DNA of 64,000 nt from Balanoglossus misakiensis (lineage: Eukaryota; Animalia; Hemichordata), in the NCBI GenBank assembly GCA_040954595.2, contig CM082596.2:8383124-8447123 (forward strand), in the 5' to 3' direction. The notes beneath the pieces are model-generated. The model was not told the origin of the DNA. It made no database searches and saw only the letters and a program-made list of their open reading frames with translations. This document shows positions 25,557 to 38,100 of the stretch, in pieces. The stretch's first letter is position 1. Every line of letters starts with the position of its first letter. The position numbers and the translations under genes were made by a program.

Positions 25557-28500
25557 TTAAAATAAGGTGCTTAGTTTTAATACTCCTACAAATGTTTTCT
25601 TAGCTTCAGTACAGGCAAAAAGAAAAACGGTTGCTTATGATTCTGTCAACAACGGTGAGCTTAAAGTAACATGATGTATAAGATATTTCTATCCTTTTTA
25701 CGAACTCACTACAATTTTGCATTGGGGAGGGGGGGGTCAGTATTACAAATATAGTATCATAAAAACAAAGTGCTGTGCATATATTTGACAGTGTTTCATT
25801 TCATTCTTGTGGCAGTTTAAGGGGCGACAATCATCTTATGCGTATGTGCCAAACCAGAGACTCTGGTTACAAAATACAGACAATGCCATAAGGTAGTGTG
25901 CTGTCCTGACAACAGACAAGATGGCAGCGACCATAGTGTGTTGGAGATCGGGAAAAGACAGCAAATTTGGTGAAAAGAGACAAAACTAAAGTTTGCTAGA
26001 TACGGTGTGCATGCAATATGGAAGGAAGCGAAGGCAGTCCACTATTTCAATGTGTCAAACGCAAAATTTTCAGAACATTTGGATCGGCCGTAATGTTTGT
26101 ACACACGAAATTACACACATGCACATAGACGATTGTCGGCCCTTAATTAAGATGTCTGAGAGTTGGCAGATCATTTGAAGAGACACAGGTACAAGGTTAG
26201 ATAGGCAGGCAGCAGTCTATTTGCACGAATTTCAGACTTGCCATGACTTTATCCACTTTGGTTGAAATGAAAAACGCACGGAAGTTATCAATATTTACAG
26301 GGAGTTCACCTGTAACGTTGGAAACAACCTTCAAGAGACAAGCTACTTGGGAAACACATTCACATTTCAATTTAATAGCAATCATCTGTAGTATAAGTCA
26401 CACACATTGGCTGCAATGAATCCTTGGCTTTTCTGCAGTTGTGATGTCAACAGCACTGTGGCAACTATTTTGAAAGAATGATTAGAAATACGACAACGTA
26501 GCAACGGTCAGGGTAAAGAATGTGACAATGACACTCAAATTTTGTGAGCAGTTCAGAGCCTAAGGATAGTTAGGAACTCCAGTCACAAGTAAATATGTTT
26601 TGTGAATCACCGCAGTTGCTTGTAAAATACATGTGTAGTGACAAACTTGCAGGTTATGTTAGAATAAGAATGATTACTCTATCGTATCAGAGACCTCCAA
26701 AATCTTTGTTTTAAAAAACTGAAACCATGAATGATGATGGATACTGATAATCCCCAGCACATATTCTGCATGTTATTTTACTGTTCATTTTGATAAACAG
26801 GTTGTCACAGAGCTGAATTTTCTGTGCATAAAATCTAGTTATATGTAGACAGTCCATAAACAGACATGTACTGGACATTTTGACCAAACTGCTGTACTGC
26901 TAACACAGAATGTAGTAAATGGTCAATGGCGCATCTTCCAATAATTCTGTCTTCAAACTAAACCATCCCTAATCATGCACTGCTATCTTTTATTTAATCA
27001 CAAAACTATAATCCAGATGTTCATCTTTTTTGCTCGCCAAGGTTACGGCAAATGAATTTTACTGTTACAGTGAAGAACTTCCACTTGGCCAAAACACGAT
27101 AGTACAAGCACTGCACGATGAGATTACAATTTGTTACCTGCTGAATTTTTAAAAGTCCTATATATCTGTGAGGTCAAAAGTGTCATGTCTAATGTACTGT
27201 TTAGATCGTGTGTTTAGGTTTTAAGATTTTTGTCTCCTAACAGGGAGAGTTCCTCCCTGTCAAGAGAATACATGTATCATAATCTGTAAGTTTGAAGTGT
27301 GCCTTGTTTGTCCATTAGAACTTGTTATCAACCTTCATTGCATTCTGTCAACTTTATGATATCACTTTCTAAAAACTGACCATAATTCACACAAAGGTAG
27401 AGGTCATTTCGTGAGAATTCTCCATGTGTTGCTAATCTCTACATAGCTGAACACACACTGGACACAATTTGGCAGGCCACAATCGTATCTGTTCACCTGT
27501 AAACCCCTTCCTCTTTCACACATATTTCTTCGGAGAGAGTGACCACAAAACAACTTTTGATTGTTTTTATCACCCTCAAATCATTCTGAAGGGCACTGTA
27601 AGTAGGTTTGTATCAGGCAGCACTGGGATTTGGGTCAGCTGCTTTTCACCAAGCCTGGTCATAGTCTTGAATCTTACCACACAAAATTACAGAATTCATG
27701 CACAATGGATTGGATTTCTCAACATGGCAGTGGTCCATATTCATAGATTCTAAGTTGTATGCACAACTAGGACTGAAAGATTATTAGGGTCAGAGGTTGT
27801 GGAGTGCCTGCACACAACTAATCCTTTCAGTCTACTGAGTATCTACCTTGACACTGCTGTAACCAAGAGGTGCTGTCTATTTATCCAAAACTCGCCTCTA
27901 ATATTTCAAATTTAAGTTTGAAACGTACATTACTTTCTCATTCAATTGCCAAAAACTGGTACATGGACAAATCATTGTATGTTAACACTGTGACATGGTA
28001 GAAGGATCTTTAAGTGGAATTGTGATCAACAGATTTCAACAAAATTTGGCAAAAAAACACATTTGATTTAGTCAATATGCAATTGATTTTCCACTATTTC
28101 CTTTGTCCAATTGAAAAACTATATTTCGTAGGAAATGTTAAAATAAACCTTGAAAACGATGATTTTTTGATGTAAAACCAGACCATCATCATACCTGATG
28201 GTGTTACATTGACACGACACATATTCATTTGTATTTGTTGTGAGACAGCGCCCTCACACGACCAAAATGTACTGCAATAGTGGCTACCAACAACACAAAT
28301 CATACATACTCGAAAGCCAACTGTGGTCTTCAAAATTGAAATTTTTGTAGTCAACCGATAACCCCACAATGACAATGGATAAAAGATGAACTTTTTTAAA
28401 CAAATATTATAACCTTCAGTCTTAGTATCTATGACTTCTTCACTTACTTCTTACTAGTACATGTATTATGACTTTATGACTGTGAGTAAAGAACTAGAAT

Positions 28501-28761
28501 CAAATACAGTACATGTATGACTAAGTATGATCAGGGTTGCCTCAGTCCAAAAATGGCGTGTATTAGTACAGAGTTGTTGTTTTTCATGTTATGTTGCTAT
28601 ATGACCCTGGTCCATCTCAGGCCAAAACACTAGATTTTCACATAATCCAATAAAGCTGTCATAATTAAACAATACTTGGCTGATAATTTTACCACCTACT
28701 GTTTACGTTTGGCACCAGAAAGGAAACCTCAATCGAAAACTAAGAAGTCTGATTTATTTAC

Positions 28762-28916
28762 CTGGTAACCAATTTCGTAATACGCTGTATGAAGTATTTT
28801 GACTGCAACCATCTGATTTGGGGATTTCTGAAATGTGTCTTCTGCTTGGACGAGTACAGCCGAGATGCCTTCCCCCAGGAGTTTGACAAATCTGTAACGC
28901 TTGGCGAGCAATGGCA
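28762..28916 (-). CDS. CMGC-group protein kinase exon 2 (subdomains I-III)
   Basis: acag|TG CCA...TAC CAG|gtaaat, 155 nt. Encodes (V)PLLAKRYRFVKLLGEGISAVLVQAEDTFQKSPNQMVAVKILHTAYYEIGYQ, with the Gly loop GEGISA and the VAVK lysine. Confidence 0.92.
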
Positions 28917-31237
28917 CTGTTCAAAGTAAATCATACATTGGATGTTAGTGCAAAGGTGTTTTGAATGGACAGCATGAATGGAGTGTGATCAGACAGATTC
29001 AGGAAAATAATTCAAAGCTGCTGGAATGAGTATTTTAACTGCAATGAAACCATAATTCCCCCCAATGATCCATCCAACCAAAACAAATCCACTGTCAGTA
29101 AAAGAAAATGCTCACAATGATTGACAAAAATTAATATTTTGTTTATCAATTAGTCAAACCTGTGCTAGTAGCCACCTCTATATAGTGGAAAATTGTCCAT
29201 AGTGGCAACTTTATAAAACTCCTTAAGCAATTTACATATGCATTGGCTGACCTGTCTAAAAAGGCCAATGGTCTATAAAAGACAGTTGAGGAAAGCCTCT
29301 TGATAGGCCACTATAGAAATTTTTGACTTTAATTTTCCCATAAAAACAATGAATATGATGGCTACAAAAATGAAACTACTGTAACTGATGTGGTTTTCGG
29401 ATTTACATGTATTTCTGCAAAATACAGGCATTGCATATTCAAAGCTACCGGTATTTAAAAATTCCATGATTTTTCAAAGTTTTTGCAATGATTTTTCAGC
29501 AAGTATTTGTTTAATATTCAGGAGTAATAGTGCAAGTAATAATTGCGTGACACAATTTCCATGACCATGACCGTTTCGCGACACGCTGGTTCGTTGAATC
29601 GATTTCCCAGGGATTTCCAGGCATGAAAGTTCATGTTTCCAGGACTTTCAAGGTTTTTTCCAAGAGTGGTGGTACAATGTCCCGGCCTATTTCAAGGAAT
29701 ACACGAACCCTGGATCTGTGCAATGACGCGATATCCAGCGTTTGTACGGCATCGCAACCGTCATACATATCAGTGTTATGGCAACCAATGGGCCATTCTT
29801 TTGTTCGTTGACATTCTAATCAACAGAGAGATACAAGGTCACAGTTCCATCGTTCCTGGTTGCCATTCTCGGCCATATATGGATGCTGTGTCACCCTTGA
29901 TTGTCTGATCTGCGAGTCGTGACTGTTACAATATCGCGCAATGACTTCAAACAAAGTCTCATGTTGACCACATGATTTTGAAACAGCCATGGTGATTGGC
30001 TAAAACCTGGAGTGGGTCGAGGCGTGCCATGCTTTAGGGTGTCCAATCCAAACACTCAATTCACTCTGCCATGTCTGGTATGAGCCAATGAAGTTTGACC
30101 AGGAGGGAGGAGTCTCTGTTCCGCGTTATCATACACTCTATGCCTGGATTGGTTTGAAAGCACATATCCTACTGATGTTTCAAAGCATCCCACATGCATG
30201 TAGAAACATTTGAAGCCAAATTGACACATTGACTTTGATGGTTACAATGTACGTCATGTAGGTTATCATGGCAAGCTGCACTTCTGACCTACATGTCATG
30301 AGCTGCTGTGAAAATTGTCAAAAATGGAAATGACCTATTGGCAGATCGATGTATTAACCTATTTGTATTTAGAGCACGCACCCGGTGTCCTGTCGCTAAG
30401 GGAACAGCTGGTGTAGGTTGCAATTTCTCTTGGTCTAAGATTGACACAAGGCATGTGATGCCTGAACAGTGCAATTTCTACAACTTTGCAGAGGACGTGT
30501 AAATCCTCAAATCAGGCCAATATGGATGGCTCTAACCGAACTTTTGAACTCAAAACTGCCAAATCCTGCAATTATGTTCAGTGTGCCTTACCACTATTTG
30601 GACAGGGGCATGGTACTGTTCACCAGGATATTTTTGGTCCCCGGTTATTTTCACATTTTTGTGCCTACTGTAAGCAAATAATTTTCAGTGGTAAATGTTT
30701 GCGTTTTTACACCACACGCGACTGTCCTTCTGTGTTTGATGCTTTGACAGCTGTATCCACCCTCACAGTGTGATAAGTTTATCAAGTAAAGTGAGAGTGA
30801 AGAACGTCAGCTGACAAATACACTTGCAACATTGTTTACTCTTTCGTTAACACGTGCAGACATTGAGTGGTGACTTTTGCTACTGATTTAAGGGTCGATT
30901 GAAAACTTTTGAGTTGGAAATGGTTGCATTTTGTTGGTGTTTTAAGCTTGAAAGTCACAAAAATATCCAGCACGTTATGAAATCCCAGATTTCAGAACAT
31001 ATACCATATGGTATATAAGAAAGGTATTATCAATACATGTAGGTCTGTATTTTGAAACCTTAGTGGTACTACAAACATCAACGGTTTGATACTAATTGCA
31101 ACAATTGCCACAATGTTTCACTCATCTTAATCCACACTGTATGAAACTTTTTGCCTCAAAACATCATCCGATCCTAGTCTACACCATGCTATTTATCCAT
31201 AGCTACGGCAGAAGCCCATCCAAGTCTCATTGTGCTA

Positions 31238-31975
31238 GTCTCTCTCTCTCTCGCTGCCCTTTTTCCATAAATTATGTTTGATACAAAACACCGTTTATGT
31301 AATTCTTCATGTGGATATATAGTGAATCAATGTTCAACCACACACAACTTCCATACAACTTGTAGACACGAGAGGGAAAAACTCGCCAAAATGAATAATC
31401 AGTCTCTACCATTTATTCATTCTGGCGAGACTTTTACTCTCATATCCTACAAACGGGATGGAAGGTGTGTGTGGTTGAATGTTGATTCACTATATATCCA
31501 CATGTAGAATAACATGAACAGTGTCTTGTGTCAAACATAATTTATAGAAAAGGGGCAGTGAGAGAGACTTCGTCCCTTTAATGCATGCTGTGGGCCCATC
31601 GAACACATGTACATTTGAACCTGTCTACATGTATAGCGGCCAGTCAAGGGATTTTCTCTTTCTCGTTACCTTTTCCATTAATTATGTTTGATACAAGACA
31701 CCGTTTATGTAATTCTACTTGTGGATATATAGTGAACAACTTCCATCCCGCTTGTAGACACGAGAGTGAAAAAAAAATCACCAAAATGAATAATCGTTCT
31801 CTACCATTTATTCATTTTGGGCGAGTTTTTACTCTCATATCATAGAAACGGGATGGAAGTTGTGTGTGGTTGAACATTCTGTCACTACATATACACATGT
31901 ACATTAACATAAACTAAAACAGTGTCTTGTATCAAACATAATTAATGGAATAAAGGGTAGCGAGAGAGAGACTTT
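31238..31975. mobile_element. Two adjacent, partly truncated family-A MITE copies (31238-31577 and ~31647-31975)
   Basis: Same internal sequence (tgtttgatacaagacaccgtttatg...) with degenerate termini. Confidence 0.8.
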
Positions 31976-33682
31976 AGTCTGGACTTGAATACATCTGCAA
32001 TAATAACAATGATTGGTACACATACAGGACCTGTTGACAACCAGAAAAACAGTTGATACGCAAATAAAATACTGAATAGCCAGAAGTTACAAATAGTGAC
32101 CCTTTACATATTTTATGTATGCCACATATTTTACATATATTATTTTCCTGACTGTCACGAACATGCTTATAGTGAATTAAAATGTGTTTTTCCAGGAATT
32201 TCTGAAATGTGTATACATCTAAGCACGCACTGTATACAGTTGCAGTACTTTTAACATACAATTGGTCTGAATTTCTCAGAACTGTTTACAGAAAAAGTGC
32301 GAAAGTATATACCGGTAGTTTGGTTTAACCCATCAGTTTCATGCAAACAAATTGGAAGTAGAGTACAAACCTGGAGCTTTGGGGCAAAACCGTCCATGAT
32401 CGTCAGTATGACAGCCAGGTTCTGTAGAGAAATGACACCATACAGACTATAAATGTGAATGCTTTTACAAAGACTTTCTCTAGATCATAGATGGACACTC
32501 ACAGTAATTTATTTCATGCATCAGAAGATGCTGTGGTTGTTACGAATATGATTTGAAAGTATCTTTTTTTGTCTCTTTCCTGATGAGTGGCAATTCCCAT
32601 CATACCCCATTTTGTGTTCTGGAAGCAACTTGCAACAAATTCAACCATACAGATAATAGTTTACCCTGACCTATTTCTCAAAATAAAGACCTCATACGCA
32701 GTGTGTGGAGGCAATCTGTATTTTTGTTGTCTATCCTATCACTGTAAACACAGAATCAGTAGCATGCAGTTTGGAAGGGACAAGTAGCAACCTATTAACA
32801 AAACTTGTTGTTTTTTTGTCAAATAAACAGCGTTCTCATAATTCCCTTTATTTAGGTCACTGTGGTTTCAATGATTGTATACAGGTAATGTGAATCTCCT
32901 GAGAACATGCTGAAGGATAAACGTGAACACCTCGCTTGCATAATGCACAAGGCCAATGGCCATCTGATGTAACCTTAACCTTCTCTCAGATTCAACAGCA
33001 AGGGTTTCTTTGTCCATGAAACATGTAATAAGGGCTATAATTTATATTCCCCTTGACCCCCAGATTCCATGCCTGTAAACAGATCTTACACTCATCTGTG
33101 TAGAATATGAAATCAACAGATTGCTTACTTCAGGTATTGTGATCAAAACACTCTGTCCAAACAAGATTGTAGATATTATTCCACAACAACAAATATCATG
33201 ACTGTTTTCTATATCTTTCAGTGTCATCAATTTCTTTATCGTTGGTACATTGAGGTACTGGCCCCAGGAACTCTGACTTCTGGCTAGTTTTCAGAATTTT
33301 TCTCTCATGTATCTACTCTGGTTTCTTGTTCTACTCTGGATAGATTTATTATTGTCATTATTAACGTTTATACAGATGTTACGTCCATAGCAACAACTTT
33401 GAAATGCTCAGTTTTTAACCTCTCAAAAAAGCCTGTCTATGAGTAACAGCCATTGTTATTGTTGACAAATGCATTCAAGTCCGGACTTGAATTTATTGTT
33501 CAACAATAACAATGCTGATTACTACACAAACGGGCTGCGTTGAAAATACAAAACACTTCTACAGCAAGGAATATAGCAAGGAACCACGGTTGAAATCCAG
33601 ACAAACCTGAGAAAATAGCCCAAAAGTTAGAGTTACTGGAGCTTTAAAGTTAAACAGTAAGCTATTCTGGTGGAAAGGCATA

Positions 33683-33888
33683 CTGTAAAACACTTTATTT
33701 TCGTGAGCAATAAATTTTCGCGAAATACGCTAGAGCCAAAATAGCGTGAAAATAAAAAGTCTCGTAATTTTTTTGAGGATAACGATGCAGTGAATGAAAT
33801 AAGAGAATGCGAAAATTAATACTCGCAAAACAGTGGCCTCTCTCGATATCGCGAAAAATTCAACTCGCGAAAATACAGTGTTTTACAG
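33683..33888. mobile_element. TA-flanked MITE (Tc1/mariner-like); second copy 8271-8470, diverged relative ~16709-16905
   Basis: TA|CTGTAAAACACT...AGTGTTTTACAG|TA; near-identical interior at 8271-8470. Confidence 0.8.
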
Positions 33889-34169
33889 TATAATACAAAT
33901 ATTGAACACAAACTGGATGGATGGATACACTTAGTATGAAATCTACTGATTTACCAATCATCACGCTCTCGTAGCAGATCTCATTTTTTCCATACTTGTG
34001 TAACTTACCATGCTCCAAGATATCCCTATTTTGTTCATGTGACTGATAGAGATAAGGTACTTTGACAATGCCGAAAGTAGCAGCATGGAATCTTGGAGGT
34101 TCAGAGGTTAGACATTGTGAATTCCTAAATGATAAAAAAACACAAAATGATTATCATTCTATATTAAAC

Positions 34170-34390
34170 GGGCGACAATCGTCTTATGCACATGTGCCAA
34201 ACCTGAGAGACTCTGGTTACAAAAAATTGTATACAGTCAATGCCATAAGGCAGTGTGCTGTCCTAACAACAAAGTTGGTGGCGACCATAGTCTTGGTCGG
34301 AGATTGGGAAGACAGCAAATTGGGTGAAAAGAAGAGACAAAACTTAAGTCTACTGGTTACTTAGTTATACGGTGAACATTAAATATGGAA
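34170..34390 (+). repeat. Interspersed repeat; other copies ~25820-26030 (+) and ~15040-15220 (-)
   Basis: Shared gggcgacaatc.tcttatgc...gagactctggttacaaaa...aatgccataagg in three places. Confidence 0.7.
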
Positions 34391-37300
34391 GGAAAAAAGA
34401 GCGCCACCATATGTTTTTTAGAACACTCAAATACTCCATTTCAGCCATATATGGGCATATGTAAACAGGAGGTGACTGTATACCTTTAACATGTAGCTCA
34501 TAACTCATGCGCTATGTATGTGGGACGAGGGACTTCTAGAACGTCACACACCTAAGGACCTGGGACTAGATTTCTCACACAAGTTCATGATATTATGTCT
34601 CACATGAGCCGGTGGCTCGTGAGATCCCCCAAAATATCCCTAAATGAGTGAAAGAAATCTTATCCCAGGTCCTGGGTGTGTGAGATTCTATTTTCTTACA
34701 TGACCACAAATTTCTTAATTAAATTTGCATACTTAATAACTGTCCCTCAGGGTAATAAACAGGTGCTATAGCCCCCTCATGGACAGGCAGTATATGAATG
34801 TATAGTATTGTATACCCCCATCAGTTCCCCCCATAAAATCCTCTGGTAGTTAAAGTTGAATACAGCTCTATTCAACTATACTATGTAAGTACAGGTTGCC
34901 ATAAATAGTGACTCTATTGAAGGCTGGTCACAAGCAAACATTTGACTGCTCTTCCCTCAACAAAGTGTATTATTTTAAAACCTATTTAAGTAAAAGCATA
35001 TTTTCTTCATTATTTTTAGGACTATTTCAAGCTACAGTTAAGTTGTTTCATGTACTTCATGAGAAATGAGTAAATTTGAGTGTCAATTGTAGATTTCTAA
35101 GGGTGCACTCCAAAACTAGCTGCTGACATACAGATCATAGAAACCAGGACATCATGTGCATACCAAGCATAGCAAGATAATACTAGTACATGTATGTATG
35201 TATACCAGAACTCTATGGCTTCTGCATGTGATTTGTGGCCATACAGAAGCATTCTTTTCACGACTGATGACTCTGCAGCATGCAGTATGACAGGTGAAAA
35301 TAACTTCTGTACGACACAGACTGCACATATAGGCCATGGAGTTCTGTTGAAGAAAATCAAAGTTTAGTCACGGAGTCTTTAAATGTGCCAGTGATGATGA
35401 ACTCTTAGAAGGTTGCCGATTGGCTAATAAGCTAAATGCTAGAAGCTATTGTTATGCAAATAAGGTCATGTTCAGTCAATTGCTCAGCTGTTTGAGTCAA
35501 GGTCATCTCAAGGTCACATCACTAATACAAGAACTCTTTGATGAAAGAGAAAATTATTTTAAAGAAATTTGGAGATCCAACTTTTACTGACAGACACTAA
35601 GTATTTTGTTCTGATGACAGCTGGGAAGAATAAAGAAAAAGAGCCCAAATGGTCAATAATCGCCAAGTTTCAATGATCATAACAGTTACAAGTACCTCTA
35701 AAATTGTATATCCATGTTGTTTATATTGGCATACATATTCATGAAAATACACAAAATTACAATCAATGACTACATGACCAGTTTACAAATAACCATACTG
35801 AAACTGGGTTTATTGCAGGCTAGGTACATGTGATGAATGATTGTAATTTTATGAGTATTGATTGTGACAACAAAGGGAATTTAAAATAGCTGGTTTTTAT
35901 TTTAAACACATATTCAATAGGGACTGTTTTATGAACACACCAGTTTTATTTTGCTGCAAGAAACAAATAATAGGTAGTACACAGGCAATATGCCAAGAAA
36001 CTTTATGTATTTAACAACAAACACTGTTATAAAATTTACTATTGTGGGAAGAAGTTATGTAACGTCTACAATTTAAAGACTATTAGGGGGTTCAGACTGG
36101 ACAACTTATGGCGGTGAAGCATTGGTGCTGGGTCTGGGCTGGCATAAAATAACCAATATGGACACACTGCATCGGCCTAGGGGTGACTCAGTTTGGTCCC
36201 AGTAGGAAGGGGGGGGGGGGGGTCAGGCTAAACTATTCAGTTCATCATCTCAATTTTTGATAATTTTTTTCCACTGAAAATGGAAATTGCTATTCTTTCA
36301 TTCTTGAAAAGTTGTTATAAACATTGTTCCCATTCTCAAATCCATATGTAGGTTACTTGTTCTTGATAGAAAAACATGAAAATAATTAATGGTGACCTAA
36401 GGGAAAAATACACTTTCATAGGTTATGTCACAACGCAGACAAAGAAGTATCAGCACAAAATTAAACTTTTGGTAACACTTAACTAAAATTTGCTGTACCC
36501 CCTTTATAATAAATTAACACTACACAGATACTACTAATAAAGCAAAGGGTAAATTTAGCAAAATTCTGCCGAGTTAGCATTTTAATTTTAAAAAGCAACG
36601 ATCAAATACTTGAAATAAGGAAACTTTCTGGAGTTTATTGATAAACCTAATTTCAAGGAGTGCAATTAAAAAAAGATTAAATTTCATAATGTTTCACATT
36701 CAGGAAAGCAGTGGGAAATTTGCTACAAAGGCCATTACCAGTTCAGGGTTTCAATGCAGCAATATGCTGAGTCAGCATTTACGAACATGGTCACCTTTCA
36801 TATATCAACTGGCTTGAACTTTGAAAAGCGATGCATTGCAAGTGCTTTACATGTGTTGAAATACTTCGCTTTTTTCAAGTGCGGCAGCAACGCTGACTAA
36901 ACAACAACGCACACATGTTAACTTTTAAACTCAATCAAGTTACAAAACTTATCCCGTTTCCGTACGGCTTCCTGTGGGGTGGTTGACAACCTATACAATG
37001 TATACAGGTCACACTAGGGTCAGTGTTTATAAAGACGGTAACCTCGTTATCTAGCAATAAAATGTGTCCGAAGACCGTGATCAACCCTTACTATTGCATC
37101 AACCATAATAAAACAGTAACACCAATGTGTTCAAAACACAACAGACTTCAGGAATCGTAGAGATCCCAGAGTCAACACTTGGACAGAAGTCAATCTACGT
37201 CCCAACACATTAATGCGCCTACTTATTATGGTCAACGCAACTTAGATATCTTAAGATCAATCCATGTACTATTTTGATAAAAAACGTGAAGAGATTTTAA

Positions 37301-37496
37301 CAAATTATATGTAAATATTGTCATGTGTGTCGAGGCAGACTACAAAAACAAAACATAAGAAGTATGGGACAACATCCAATCCAACGGAAGACTTCGACTC
37401 GACACACGGTATGATCTTCAATTCGACGCAACATCTGGCCTCGGTAACAGGAATTACAGATTACATAACAAAAATTACACAAAACAATAAACTTAC

Positions 37497-37500
37497 CCAT
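37497..37500 (-). CDS. CMGC-group protein kinase, putative first coding exon (ATG G|gtaagt)
   Basis: The minus strand reads ...CAGAACCAG ATG G|GTAAGT, a perfect donor next to the CpG-rich promoter. The phase-1 G joins the TG at the start of the 28916 exon to give M-V-P-L-L. Confidence 0.7.
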
Positions 37501-38100
37501 CTGGTTCTGTAAATGCACTACTAGAAGGCATTTTCTCGGGTCTCGTACAACTTTGTTTCAAATAACCGCGTTATGGTGGGAACTACCCAGCATTCCTTCC
37601 GATCTCAGCAATGTCCGCTAAAATCTCGCGAGATCAGGTACTGACCGTAATGAATATTTCATGTGGCTACCTTGAATTCAGAGGCCAAGCGAGGACACAC
37701 ACCTGTTTATTTGGGCGTGGACTACTATTGTCCACGAATAATAATGACACCCCTGTGAAGAGCGCTGAAGCGGCGAACGACGCGTGCCAAAATCTACAGG
37801 ACAAAGGAGGACTCGTGCCAAGAAACTGTCAAAGACGAGGGAGACGTCATGGGCTTTGCGACATGCCCAAACTTGTTCCGTCAGCAAATACATACCGTGA
37901 TTTGATTGGTCCCGTGGAACGATTGACAGCTGTGAATTGGTGCCGTTACAACCATATTTGGTGATTTTGTTTCCAAATTTAGTTGTCCAATTGCATCACC
38001 AAACTAAACAACATCACCACGTAAACATTCCGGGGTCCGAAAAGTTCGCGGGAAATCTCTGTTGCTAATCAGACACCGACTTCGTTCTGCATACGCCGGG
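37501..38100. promoter_or_regulatory. CpG-rich promoter of the kinase gene, possibly bidirectional
   Basis: CpG density rises sharply over ~37.3-39.8 kb. Motifs: palindrome ATCTCGCGAGAT (37623-37634, BANP/'CGCG'-type), ZNF143/Staf-like TACCCAGCATTCC (~37584), inverted CCAAT (~37905), GTAAACA (38021-38027), E2F-like TTCGCGGGAAA (~38045). Confidence 0.6.
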
